A program made the position numbers and the translations under genes. A DNA stretch of 60,141 nt, counting the filler. It is 6 parts of 6 records of this genome, joined end to end, with 100 filler letters (N's around TTAATTAATTAA, not from the genome) between each part and the next. Parts side by side here need not be neighbours in the genome. Positions count along the whole stretch, not along the records: positions 10,301 to 22,609 come from DRR723986_10957; positions 22,710 to 32,102 come from DRR723986_10962; 4 more parts are not named here. The stretch is one strand, 5' to 3'. Shown in pieces: positions 19,862 to 30,264 of the stretch. Within the stretch, counting starts at the first letter, position 1. Every line of letters begins with the position of its first letter. The notes beneath the pieces are model-generated. The model was not told the origin of the DNA. It saw only the letters and a program-made list of their open reading frames with translations, and made no database searches.

Positions 19862-20266
19862 ATGGCGACCGTCAATCCATCTCAGGAAGAGTTACAGAAG
19901 ATTCTTGATGAAATCCCCAAAGATCAGCCTGTTGTGATGCTGAATCTGCTTCGGTTCAGGGACAAGGCTGCATACAAGGATGACAGCGAAGACTGTTCCG
20001 GAAGGGATGCTTACAAGCGTTATATGACAGAGGCTGCCCGCAGTGTCTCGGAAGTTGGTGCCGAGGTGATCTGGTCTGGCCGTTCCGTCGGTTCGCTGAT
20101 TGCGCCGCCGGATGAATCCTGGGATCAGGTGCTGCTGGTCCGCTACCCCTCCATTAACGCGTTTCTGGCGATGATTGAAAGCCCGGAATACAAGGGCGTG
20201 GTGAAGCACCGCACGGCCGCGCTGGAAGATTCCCGGCTGGTGGCCAATGTTGAGGGCACCCCCTGA
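19862..20266 (+). CDS. DUF1330 family protein
   Basis: VVMLNLLRFR, WDQVLLVRYPS and HRTAALEDSRL motifs. Confidence 0.85.
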   Translation: MATVNPSQEELQKILDEIPKDQPVVMLNLLRFRDKAAYKDDSEDCSGRDAYKRYMTEAARSVSEVGAEVIWSGRSVGSLIAPPDESWDQVLLVRYPSINAFLAMIESPEYKGVVKHRTAALEDSRLVANVEGTP

Positions 20267-20278
20267 TTTTCGGGTGCC

Positions 20279-20611
20279 TTACAGAATGCCTGATTGCTGA
20301 ATGGCCATGTAGGCTGCAGTGCCGGCCGCGATAGAAAGCAGCGCGTTTCTGCGCCACAGGTGAACGGCAACCACCAGTAATGCGGGTATCAGCGCATCTG
20401 CGCCAGGTGCCTGTGCCTGCCAGTCCGCAGACCTCTGCAAAAATACTGTGGCCAGTAATGCCATCACGGCTGCGGGCAGGAAGCGCCCGATGTGTTTGAC
20501 CAGAGGGTGTTCCGTGTGCTTTTCAAAGAACAGGAAAGGCACCACCCGGGTCGCAAATGTGGCCAGGGCGGAGATGGCAATAAACGCCGCCAGGTAGCTA
20601 CTTTCATCCAC
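20279..20611 (-). CDS. azlD: Branched-chain amino acid exporter, small subunit
   Basis: TRVVPF, LPAAVM and WRRNALLSI motifs. Confidence 0.85.
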   Translation of the reverse strand: MDESSYLAAFIAISALATFATRVVPFLFFEKHTEHPLVKHIGRFLPAAVMALLATVFLQRSADWQAQAPGADALIPALLVVAVHLWRRNALLSIAAGTAAYMAIQQSGIL

Positions 20612-21314
20612 GATTTGCGTCTCCTGCCATGGTGTCTGTTCGATACTTCCGGTAGTGCAGAAGAAGCACTACAGTAACCAGTACAATGCCTGCTATCAGT
20701 TGATGGGTTGCCGGCACCAGCATCATGGCAAACGCAGCTGCCGCCGCCCCCGCCCACACCGGAAACGAATCCCCCAATGCTTTCAATTGTTCGATTGTGA
20801 GCACAATAAACAGCGCCACGAGTGCAAACTCAATGCCGGTACTGTTGAAGGCGACAGTCTTGCCGAGTACCGCACCCAAGGTGCATCCGACAATCCAGTA
20901 GCCCTGGTTCATGGCCGTGATCCGGAAGTCCACATGCTGTTCCTGTTCGCGATTGGCCGAACGGGGGCGGCTGGTGAGCAGGGAATAGGTTTCATCGGTC
21001 AAACCGAAAATCAGATACGCCTTACGCCAGCCGGCGCCACGGAATTGCCCCAGCAGCGACAACCCATAGAAGAGATGTCGAGCGTTCAGTACGAACATGG
21101 CAACGGCCACCTCAACCAGTCCGGCGTTGGCAGCCAGCAGGCTGACCGCCAGAATCTGGCCGGCACCGGCGTAGATAACAAGGCCCATCAAGGGAGCAAT
21201 CCACCAGGGATAATCCAGTTGCGTGGTAAACAACACACCAAAGGCCATACCAAGGGGGATGTAGCCAAATAAAATCGGCAGGGTGAGCTTGAAAGCGTGG
21301 TGATTCATTAGCAT
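20604..21314 (-). CDS. azlC: Branched-chain amino acid exporter, large subunit
   Basis: YAGAGQ, NARHLFYG and LTDETY motifs. Confidence 0.9.
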   Translation of the reverse strand: MLMNHHAFKLTLPILFGYIPLGMAFGVLFTTQLDYPWWIAPLMGLVIYAGAGQILAVSLLAANAGLVEVAVAMFVLNARHLFYGLSLLGQFRGAGWRKAYLIFGLTDETYSLLTSRPRSANREQEQHVDFRITAMNQGYWIVGCTLGAVLGKTVAFNSTGIEFALVALFIVLTIEQLKALGDSFPVWAGAAAAAFAMMLVPATHQLIAGIVLVTVVLLLHYRKYRTDTMAGDANRG

Positions 21315-21464
21315 CCGAACGGAAATAAAAGAGCGATGATAGTGATTTAGCAGTTATTTTTGAAGATCGCCAAACGTAGTATCGAAAAAATGACGCAAGC
21401 AAATACATAAAAGTGTCATAAAACGGGCATACCCTCCGATCGGGCACACCTGATCGGAGTTTTT

Positions 21465-22609
21465 ATGCTGACCACTGTTCGCGCCAGAATCCTGGCGTTT
21501 GCGTTGCTGTCGGTGGCTGCTGTTGCCGGCCTCACGTTCATTGCCTGGATGATCATAGCGAAAGCCGAGCATACCTCGCAGGCACTGGTTGGAGAGAGTC
21601 TCGAGCAATCCTGGATGCTGGTTGATCTGGAGCAGGACCATCGACTGCTGCAGGATCTGGCTTACAAGATCAAAGCACAGCTTTTACTGTGGGACGAAAT
21701 CGATCCTTTGTTCACCGAGTTGGAGCGCTCAATTCCCCGGCACTGGCAGAGGATTCAGCAGAATCCCGGGTTAGGCACCTGGTCACGGGACAATCGCGAG
21801 CAATATGACCGGGTCGTGGCGCTGATGGCGGACATGAAACAGGGAATAGGCCAGCGCAGCTACTATGAAGTGGGAAAAATCGTCGATTTTCAACTGTTCC
21901 AAGCGTTGGAGCCCATGCTGACGGCGATAACTGAGCGCCAGAGAGCCAGTCGCGATGGCGTTACTGCGAGCGCATCGGAACTGTTGCATTATCTGGCAGA
22001 CCAGCAGAGGTTCCTGCTTGGTGGCGCCCTGGTCTTTCTTGCGTTGGTCGTGGCGATGACGCTCTGGCTACGGACTTCGGTGATCCTTCGCTTGCAGGCC
22101 ATGGCCCGGAATGTGTCGGCCATGGAGCAGAACGCTGATCTAACCAAGATCCTCGCGGTAAAAGGTCGTGACGAGGTTGCCGGCGTGGCCGGAGCTATTG
22201 AACAACTGGTCCGGCGCTTTGAGGTGTTTGTTGAGGATGTTCGGTCAGCGGCTTCAGGCCTTGATGCACGCTCTGCCAGCCTGGATAACGGAGCGGAAGC
22301 ACTTCAGCAAACCTCCGAAAGCACTCGTCGCCAAATTTCCGATGTGGCTCAGTCTATGGCTTCCATCGCGGATCAGGCGTCACAGATCGAACAGGCCACC
22401 GAGCACTCTGCAGCAACGGTGATGCATGCAGTCAATGCCAACAGCGAAGTCCGTGAGGGGCTGGCTAACAGTGAGAAAGGCGCTGACCACACGGTTGAGG
22501 TGATTGGACGGGTTTCTGAGTCGATCACCGCGTTGATAGACGCAACCGGAAAAATCGAGCAAGTCACCGGCGTGATCGCCGATATTGCCGAGCAGACCAA
22601 CCTTCTGGC
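21465..22609 (+). CDS. Methyl-accepting chemotaxis protein (3'-truncated)
   Basis: Two TM segments, HAMP (GRDEV), IADIAEQTNLL. Confidence 0.92.
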
Positions 22610-22709
22610 NNNNNNNNNNNNNNNNNNNNNNNNNNNNNNNNNNNNNNNNNNNNTTAATTAATTAANNNNNNNNNNNNNNNNNNNNNNNNNNNNNNNNNNN
22701 NNNNNNNNN
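22610..22709. other. Artificial contig linker
   Basis: N run with TTAATTAATTAA. Confidence 0.99.
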
Positions 22710-22875
22710 TCGAGCCCTAAGGGCTCGACCCGGTAGCCTCTTTTTCTGATCCCCAATTCTTTGCCCGCAAAGTCTGATATGCACGCCGCTAAGACCCAAT
22801 CACTGCCCGCTCAATCTAAAAGCCTTGAATCTCTCGATTCTGAAATATTTTAGTCCCCGCGGACTACAGATTTTC

Positions 22876-22947
22876 AGACCAAAATCCCTCAGCCTGACCC
22901 AAGTTCTTTAGACCAAAAGCCCTCAGCCTGACCCAAGTTCTTTAGAC
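22876..22947. repeat. 34-bp tandem repeat, about 2 copies
   Basis: AGACCAAAA(T/G)CCCTCAGCCTGACCCAAGTTCTTT twice, one mismatch. Confidence 0.9.
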
Positions 22948-23245
22948 TCAAAACACTCTGTTTGACACGATTCTTTCAGACTGTTGACTCAGAGTCTGCA
23001 GCATCGCCTGCCGGCTACCGGTCCAAAGACAGCCGCGAAGAATTCTCGATTTTGACTCCACAACTAACAAAAAGATCCAACCAGCCTGAGACGAGCGCGA
23101 GGCGCAGCCGAACAAACGGCTCAAAGCGCCAAGCAACGTTTGACAATTAACAAGAAGGAAGGCACGTAAAATAAACAGACAGTTAACCGATTAAACGTCA
23201 GGCGAGAACCGTAACGACGCGTGGCTCATTAAGTTAAACAAAGAG

Positions 23246-24772
23246 TTAAATACTCCGTCCAAACTCCTCACGCACCAGCTCCGCAAAATCACGCGATTCC
23301 AATTTGCTGCGCACCCAAATCGGGATATTAAACCAGGCGAGAACACTGCGCTCAAAGATATCCTGTTTAAGTAGCTGCATCTCCGCGTCCAATTTCTGCC
23401 ATTCACCCTGTGGAACCTGCGTAGTTCCCCGCCGGATTACAGCACTAAAAAACTGTTTAAGACAGACCTCCAGCTTATAGACCTGCCCACGCGCCTGCAT
23501 CTGCGACCAAATTGCCGGCAACAGTGCTTCGAGCGTATCAATATTATCGAGCTCAAAATGTAGAATCAACAACATCAGCCGTGAACTAAAATAGCGCTGG
23601 CGACTAATCTGGCGTGCATTCGGAAATGCAAACAAATTGTTAAGTGACTCAATTGCAGCATGATAGTTTTTACAGCCAAACTGCGCTACCGCGCTCAACT
23701 GATACTTAAACAATTCGTACTCGGCGGCGATTTTCCAGTTGATTTCGCTGATATTTTTTTCGGCGGTCTGAATGGCCTTAACAGCCTGTTCGGACTCTCC
23801 CATTTCACACAACATGTACGGTTTAAGGAGCTGCGCCGTCGCTTTAATATGCCTATCACCCTCCCGCATTAAACAGTCCCCTTCTTCCAGCAGCAGCGCA
23901 AAAAATGTGTCAAAACGTTCTGCCTGATGCGCCTCTACACAGGCGATACACATGTTAAACAGCGCTGCCGAGACGGTGAGCCGGTAACGCTCAATACTGC
24001 GGTATTCACGCGCCAGCAAGTACAAATCTTCGTAGAACCTGAGCGTCTCTGCTTTGTTGCCAAGCATGCGATGTGCCGTGGCCAAACACAGGAGCACATT
24101 ACGGCGCGCCAAAACCGGTCTGATATTATCCGGGTCCCAGGCCTGTGCCTGCTGCAACAGATCCTGATAACGCTGCAGTTCAGTTGGATTGCGCGGCCTG
24201 AAGTCCGTGGACATTGCCACATACATCTGTTTAACTAGTGGTATCGTCCTGAGGTATTCGCGGTAATCACTGCTATTTTGCTCAACTTCATCCAGCAGCG
24301 CGTCCAACTGATCCGAGTAGTGATCCAGATCTTTGGAAATCAGATGCGAAAAAGTTCTTAACATCGAAGACACGGCCAGCGTCGGCAGTTCATTGCGCAG
24401 CGCCAGTTTTTTGGATTTGCGCAGCAGCGCCATTGACTGATCTTTGAGGCCTTTCTTTTCCAGAATATCGGCTTGCGCATTCATCATCACCACGCGCGCT
24501 TCCGGAGTTGCCTCCAGCTTCATTAGATAGAGTGACTTCAGAATTGCCTGATAGAGGTAGTGTTTAAGCGTCGCAAAGTTCTCAGCATCGCCACCAAACT
24601 GCTCACACAGTTGCGCCTCGTTGTACTGCGACTGCGCATCAACGGCATCAAACAGCTCCATGTAACGTTTGCTGCCCTGGCCGGCATGCACACTGGCCTG
24701 CAAACGCACAAATCGCTTTTCGCTCTTGCTGAGCGAAGTCACAAGCTTAAAAAGTTTATCCCGCTGCGCCAT
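23246..24772 (-). CDS. Uncharacterised helical (TPR-like) protein of a Bacteroidota-type family
   Basis: 508 aa; N-terminal LFKLVTSLSKSEKR...LFD...LKHYLYQAILKSL and C-terminal LILHFEL and WVRSK patterns. Confidence 0.8.
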   Translation of the reverse strand: MAQRDKLFKLVTSLSKSEKRFVRLQASVHAGQGSKRYMELFDAVDAQSQYNEAQLCEQFGGDAENFATLKHYLYQAILKSLYLMKLEATPEARVVMMNAQADILEKKGLKDQSMALLRKSKKLALRNELPTLAVSSMLRTFSHLISKDLDHYSDQLDALLDEVEQNSSDYREYLRTIPLVKQMYVAMSTDFRPRNPTELQRYQDLLQQAQAWDPDNIRPVLARRNVLLCLATAHRMLGNKAETLRFYEDLYLLAREYRSIERYRLTVSAALFNMCIACVEAHQAERFDTFFALLLEEGDCLMREGDRHIKATAQLLKPYMLCEMGESEQAVKAIQTAEKNISEINWKIAAEYELFKYQLSAVAQFGCKNYHAAIESLNNLFAFPNARQISRQRYFSSRLMLLILHFELDNIDTLEALLPAIWSQMQARGQVYKLEVCLKQFFSAVIRRGTTQVPQGEWQKLDAEMQLLKQDIFERSVLAWFNIPIWVRSKLESRDFAELVREEFGRSI

Positions 24773-24894
24773 CGCAACCTCGAATCTGTACGGACATTTT
24801 CGCAGAATGGAGATATAGACAGAACATTACGCAAATTGGATACTTTCTGCCGAAAATTTCTGCTGAACACTGTAGGCCGGCAAAGCCGGAAGCC

Positions 24895-25899
24895 TTAGGA
24901 CTGATCCGCAGCAGAATCAAGCAGTGCCTGCACTTGATATTCGATTTCGTCGGGGCTTAAAATACCCGAGAGTTGTTGCCTGACTTCGCCGCTACCAACG
25001 AACAGCGTCAACGGCTCGGCGCCCAGCTCTATGTCCGAAGCCACAAAAGTACGGACCGTCTGCGGGTCGTCATAGTGCAGAAACCCAAAATTGACGGAGT
25101 CAGCCAATTCGTAGCTCTCGCAATAGTAGGCCAGCTCCAGAATGTTAATCTGGTCAAAGACATCCCTGCTGTTGGCAATTCCAATCAGCCACGGTCCTGC
25201 GCTAAACTGCGGGTCACTCAGTTTTTGGCCAGGTTGGATGATGGTCATATTCGCCGGAGCATTCCTGGGCAGCTTAACCTGATTTTGCCGGCCCGTGGCA
25301 TTAACGTACTCAAAGAAAAAGCTGAAGGACGCGGCCTCAAATTGAATTCCGGCAACAACTTCGGTGTCGATTCTATCCCAAAAGTAGAGGTTGGCCTGCA
25401 ATCCAACCGCTTTGGGTTCGCGCATCCAATTCTCAGGGCTGTGCGAGTTTTGTTCCTGTGCCAGAAGGATTAAATCACAAAAGATCCTGACAATTTTCAA
25501 GTCCGTCACAGATAGTCCATAGTTCCGAGCAAAATGCCTGTCGCGACGTTTAACACGTAAAACGTCACCGTACTTTTTAACGTACTTTGCTTTCAGGCCG
25601 GAGATGACTTCAAGTGGAATTTCGCGCCTGTACGTGCGCAGCCAGTGATTGTGTATCACCAGATGCGTGGGAGTTAACTCAAACTCGTTATACTTGCTGG
25701 CGTATTGCCATAAAATCAAGGCATAGAACAGGACTAAAATAGCGATGACTTCAATGCGAACTGGAGATGCCTGGCCCGCAGAGCTTAAGATGTCAACAAG
25801 TACGACCAAAAACACGGCTGTAATTATGATGGCCGGCCACCAGGAGTTATTGGTGTGCAGCCAGATTGACGGTGAGTCTGCAGATTTTTTGGTTTGCAT
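24895..25899 (-). CDS. Membrane protein: 2 TM + PH-like region + thioredoxin-like C-domain
   Basis: Paralog of the neighbouring gene; probable ATG at 25899 (ORF open to 25977). Confidence 0.75.
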   Translation of the reverse strand: MQTKKSADSPSIWLHTNNSWWPAIIITAVFLVVLVDILSSAGQASPVRIEVIAILVLFYALILWQYASKYNEFELTPTHLVIHNHWLRTYRREIPLEVISGLKAKYVKKYGDVLRVKRRDRHFARNYGLSVTDLKIVRIFCDLILLAQEQNSHSPENWMREPKAVGLQANLYFWDRIDTEVVAGIQFEAASFSFFFEYVNATGRQNQVKLPRNAPANMTIIQPGQKLSDPQFSAGPWLIGIANSRDVFDQINILELAYYCESYELADSVNFGFLHYDDPQTVRTFVASDIELGAEPLTLFVGSGEVRQQLSGILSPDEIEYQVQALLDSAADQS

Positions 25900-26046
25900 A
25901 AATGGCCAAAGCTTTGGTTTGATCGAGTCGTGATTGGGTTTTGCTAAGGTCGGATTGTAAACACGCGTGCCACACACTCATTTGAAGACCGTGGCTGAAA
26001 AACCGACACAAGCAATTTAGTTTGTCAACAGCAACTCGCGTCAGGC

Positions 26047-27456
26047 TTACAGATTTTTGAGCTTAATGATCTGAGTTCGTAAATAATCGCCGCTTACGAT
26101 TCCGCTGTGCCTGGTTTGGATTTTTCCTTGGCTAACAAACAAGGTCAGGGGCGTAATACCCAGGTCAAAATCCGACGACACAAATTCTTTGGCTCGCTGC
26201 GGCTTTTCATACTGCCTGACTGCAAAATTCACTGAGTTCTCGCCAATAGTTAGATTAAGAAAACACTCCAAATGGAGCAGGTTAAACACATCCATCTGGC
26301 AGTTTGCGCGCGCAAAGGCGATCACCCACAGTCCTTCACTAAATTCCGGGTCACTGAGTTTCTGACCGTCAGTTATGGAAATCAATTTGGCGGCAGTATC
26401 GGCCAACAGGCCCGTCGCTGCAAGTCCACGTTTTTTTGAGGTTTTCTCTTTTTTGAAGCGCCGCTTTTTGAATTTACGTACGCAGTTGTTGAGAAACTCC
26501 TGATCACCAAGCTCGTCAGAACTTAACAGAGCGCGTACTTTTGCGACTTCTGGATTTCGCATCCAAGCCGTAGAATCAGCAGATGTATCTGCCCGGGCAT
26601 AGTAGATCAGATTGCAAAACAAGCTAATCTGCGCCAGTGGAAGTCCTTGGATGCCATAATATCTATCAAATATCCAGTCCTGACTTTCGACTCGCAAACA
26701 TTCCTCATAAAACCAATGGTATTTGGCCTCAACATTCGATATTTCAGTAAGAGGAATCTCACGTTTATAGCCTGGGAACCAGTGATTATAGACTGTCAAA
26801 TGTTTGGCAGACAATTCAAAATAATTGCGCTCCACACTGTAGCGTAAATATTGCAGCACCCATATCAGGAACAGCCCTGTCAAAGAAACGGGTAGCCGTG
26901 CGGGTATCCCGGTTGGACTGTTCCATATGGCTAAGGCGAACACTCCAGTTATTACAGAAATAATAATTACAAAAATCCACGAGTTTTTACCACGCAGCCA
27001 GATTGATTCCGGGTGAAAGGAATCATCCAGCCCCTCAGCAGGCGTCTCATTTTGTTTAACATGCTCCTGCATTGGAGTCTCATCTGCCGAATTAACATCT
27101 TTGCCCAGCGCCTGACGCAAGCCTTGACTAAAATCGCTCTGGCTCTGCACGCCGAACTTAAACAGAACAATTTCCCCATCTACAACGAACATCGTCAGGG
27201 GTGTGGACCGGAATTCATGCCGGTTTCCCAGCAAATTGTCTATTTCATGCATGTGTTCACATATCAGCACCACAAATTGTACATCTTCTTCGCCTTCATA
27301 ATTACGCGCAAACTCTTCCAGCCCATCGGCATTAAGTCTGTCTGGGCCACTCCAGATGGCCATAGTGCACAATATCCAGCATCCATCTGTAAACTCGTCG
27401 AAGCTTAGTGCGTCGTTAACAACGATTCTTCTAAACTTTTCTGGTGAAGTGCTCAA
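26047..27456 (-). CDS. Membrane protein: thioredoxin-like (WSGPD) + 2 TM + PH-like + thioredoxin-like
   Basis: 469 aa; TTG start after AGGAG; internal repeat of F..G.W...D / PLT.F...G. Confidence 0.78.
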   Translation of the reverse strand: MSTSPEKFRRIVVNDALSFDEFTDGCWILCTMAIWSGPDRLNADGLEEFARNYEGEEDVQFVVLICEHMHEIDNLLGNRHEFRSTPLTMFVVDGEIVLFKFGVQSQSDFSQGLRQALGKDVNSADETPMQEHVKQNETPAEGLDDSFHPESIWLRGKNSWIFVIIISVITGVFALAIWNSPTGIPARLPVSLTGLFLIWVLQYLRYSVERNYFELSAKHLTVYNHWFPGYKREIPLTEISNVEAKYHWFYEECLRVESQDWIFDRYYGIQGLPLAQISLFCNLIYYARADTSADSTAWMRNPEVAKVRALLSSDELGDQEFLNNCVRKFKKRRFKKEKTSKKRGLAATGLLADTAAKLISITDGQKLSDPEFSEGLWVIAFARANCQMDVFNLLHLECFLNLTIGENSVNFAVRQYEKPQRAKEFVSSDFDLGITPLTLFVSQGKIQTRHSGIVSGDYLRTQIIKLKNL

Positions 27457-28186
27457 GCTGAGATTCTCCTGCGTTCTACGCGCCTCTGCTTCAGTTCAAA
27501 ATTGGAGCAGTTACTGTACCTACCGGCACAGCACGTTTGTTTAAGCGCACTCATTAACTATTGTGAAAATATCGCTGGGACGCCGGTGTTTTGACAACTG
27601 TCTAGTGGGGGGAACAAAACACATGCCATTAATGCGCCGTTAAGATACTGTTTTAATTTCATTTTGTTGCATGCCGGACCGCCGTTGCCCCTTTCCCTTC
27701 CCTGACGGTCGTGTTCCGTGGCCGGCTTTATGATTTTTTTGTTTGTTCCTGATCCAAAATTGAGAATTCACTCAATTAGTATTTGAACGCAAAAATGCAC
27801 TGCGGAAAGCCGAATTCACTCGCGCGCGCCTCTTGCACGCGACTAAACTAACTGACACGATTTGACTAAAGTAGCTCTTCAGGCGGCAGAAATTGCGATT
27901 CAGTAGGCCCTGATGTATATTCCCGCACTCTCTTGTGACATAGTAAGTATTTATCTTGCAGGTTTGTTCCGGGGAAGCGCGTGAGAAGCGAACAAACTGT
28001 AAGAGTCAACCTGGTGTTTTGAGATAGGGACGCGTCCAATCATTGGACGGCACTTATTGGACAGAATGAACAGTTGGAGCACTTCCGGGTGCTGTACACC
28101 TTTGCGTGTATTGCTACTGTATTACTCATTTTGGCGCTAATTTATACACGGCTATGCCATACTCTACACCTTCGGTGGAGAACGTT

Positions 28187-30172
28187 ATGAGCGATGCACG
28201 TCAACAGTCAAGCCAGCATCAGAAACAGGGCCAAAAACAGGGCCTGAAACAGGCATCGCATGAACGCGGCAATAACATTATTGCCATGGCGCAGCGGTTG
28301 CTTAAAAAGAATCCTGAAGAGACGGAAAGATTGGCCAAATCCGCTTTGCACCTTGCCGAGCTTGAGGGCGATCAGGATGTGGCCGCAGCTGGCAATTGCA
28401 TTTTGGCGGCCCTGCGCCTGCAGCAACGCGAATATAGCGCTGCGATTCATCTGGCTAATGTAGCCCTGAAACTCTGCCGTGCGGGCGCTGACATTGAGCA
28501 TCGCCAGCAAGCGCTTACAACGATTGGACGCGCCGCCACCGCCGCAGGTGAATACCAGACAGCACTGGAAGCTCTCCTCAAGAACCAGGCAATCCAGGAA
28601 CGGCATAATCTGGACAAGGCCCTGGCGAAAACTCTAATGGATATCAGCCGCGTATACATGCTGCTGGATGCCTACTCTGCTGCGCTGGACTACTGCCTTA
28701 AAAGTCTCACCATCCGGCGACGCATAGGTGAGCGCGGCGACATCTCATTGGCTCTCAACAATCTGGGCATGATCTGGTCTGAGATTGGCGACCACAGCCA
28801 GGCTCTTGAGTTCTACCTTGAGTCATTGGAGTTGCAAAAACAGGCTCCTGTGGATCCATTGATCTGCGGCACACAAAGCAACATCGCCAAGTCCTATTTG
28901 CAGCTGGGAGACACGGAAGCTGCACTCGCGTTTGGGACGCGGAGCCTGCAGGCCGCGCGCCAGTTGGAGAACAAATACGTTGAGTCCCTGGCGCTGCAAA
29001 CTCTCGGCGAAGTTAATATGCAGCAGGGCGACCCACAGATGGCGCGTACAAACTTTGCGGCAAGCCATTCACTGGCGACTGAAATTGGAAATCAGCATGA
29101 CGCCGCGCGCGCCTTACACTCACTTGCGCTTGTTGCGCTGAAAATGGATGCGCCACAACTTGCACTGGAGCAAATTCAAGTTCTGAGTCCATTGATAAAC
29201 AATTTCTCCATGCGCAAATTGGAGTCCATAGTTGAACATACTCTTTCGGAGATACACGCACGTCTCAAAAACTACGAACTGGCATATAAGCATTTGGCCA
29301 GGCACCAGAGCCTGAAAAGTGAATTTGTTGATGGACGCGAACAAAAGCGTTTGCGTGACATAGTGGTTGTGCGGCGCGTAGAGCAGTGGCGTTCGCGGGT
29401 CGAGGACTATCGCCGCAATGTGGATGAGTTGGCGGCTCTGAATTCGCGCTTGCAGGAGTTGCACGAAGAAAAGAATGAGTTTCTGGGCATTGCGGCACAT
29501 GACCTCAAAAACCCTTTGAGTGGCATTGTATTAACTGCTGAAGGATTGCAGGATCACATCGATGCCCTGAGCAAGGAAGAAATTCAGCATCGAGCAGATG
29601 TGATTCACACTGCCGCAATGCGCATGAGTGACATCATCGGCAGCTTGCTTGACATTAACGCTCTTGAGTCAGGCACAATGCAGCTTGAGTACTCAAAGTT
29701 CCACGTCTCTCATCTGATTCTGGACCTAGTGGATGCCTGGACGGAACGCGCCAAAAAGAAACACATCAAGATTGAAACTGAGATTGCTCCGAAGCATATC
29801 GCAGTGCATCTGGATCCAAGCAAACTGCATCAGGTGCTCGACAATTTACTTTCCAACGCTATCAAATTCTCGCCGCCGCACAGCACCGTCCGAATCAGCG
29901 CACGTGGCCTGGGCCAGGGCTCAGCTAATATCGTCGTGCAAGACCAGGGCCCAGGCTTAACACCGGATGACCAGGAGCGTCTTTACACGAAATTCGGACG
30001 TCTAAGTCCAAGACCAACCGGCAATGAGAATAGCACCGGCCTGGGACTTTCAATCGTAAAAAAACTGCTCAATATGATGAATGCGAACATCCGCTGTGAG
30101 AGTGAGCTGGGCAAGGGTTGTCGATTTACCGTTAGTCTACCCGGAAATGATTCCGACGCTAGTCTTGCATAA
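28187..30172 (+). CDS. TPR-repeat sensor histidine kinase
   Basis: TPRs (ALNNLGMIW), H-box AAHDLKNPL, N-box NLLSNAIKF, G-boxes DQGPG and GLGL; ATG 28187 after GGAG. Confidence 0.92.
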   Translation: MSDARQQSSQHQKQGQKQGLKQASHERGNNIIAMAQRLLKKNPEETERLAKSALHLAELEGDQDVAAAGNCILAALRLQQREYSAAIHLANVALKLCRAGADIEHRQQALTTIGRAATAAGEYQTALEALLKNQAIQERHNLDKALAKTLMDISRVYMLLDAYSAALDYCLKSLTIRRRIGERGDISLALNNLGMIWSEIGDHSQALEFYLESLELQKQAPVDPLICGTQSNIAKSYLQLGDTEAALAFGTRSLQAARQLENKYVESLALQTLGEVNMQQGDPQMARTNFAASHSLATEIGNQHDAARALHSLALVALKMDAPQLALEQIQVLSPLINNFSMRKLESIVEHTLSEIHARLKNYELAYKHLARHQSLKSEFVDGREQKRLRDIVVVRRVEQWRSRVEDYRRNVDELAALNSRLQELHEEKNEFLGIAAHDLKNPLSGIVLTAEGLQDHIDALSKEEIQHRADVIHTAAMRMSDIIGSLLDINALESGTMQLEYSKFHVSHLILDLVDAWTERAKKKHIKIETEIAPKHIAVHLDPSKLHQVLDNLLSNAIKFSPPHSTVRISARGLGQGSANIVVQDQGPGLTPDDQERLYTKFGRLSPRPTGNENSTGLGLSIVKKLLNMMNANIRCESELGKGCRFTVSLPGNDSDASLA

Positions 30173-30264
30173 CGCAGTCACGGCACAACAACTGGCGTCC
30201 GTTTGCCGATTAGTACGTTTGTTTACTGTGCGTCCCGCCAGACTTAACTGAAATTAATTGAGCA

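Noticed and set aside
22876-22947. 34-bp repeats as a CRISPR array
   Set aside because: Directly adjacent copies, no spacers, no cas genes
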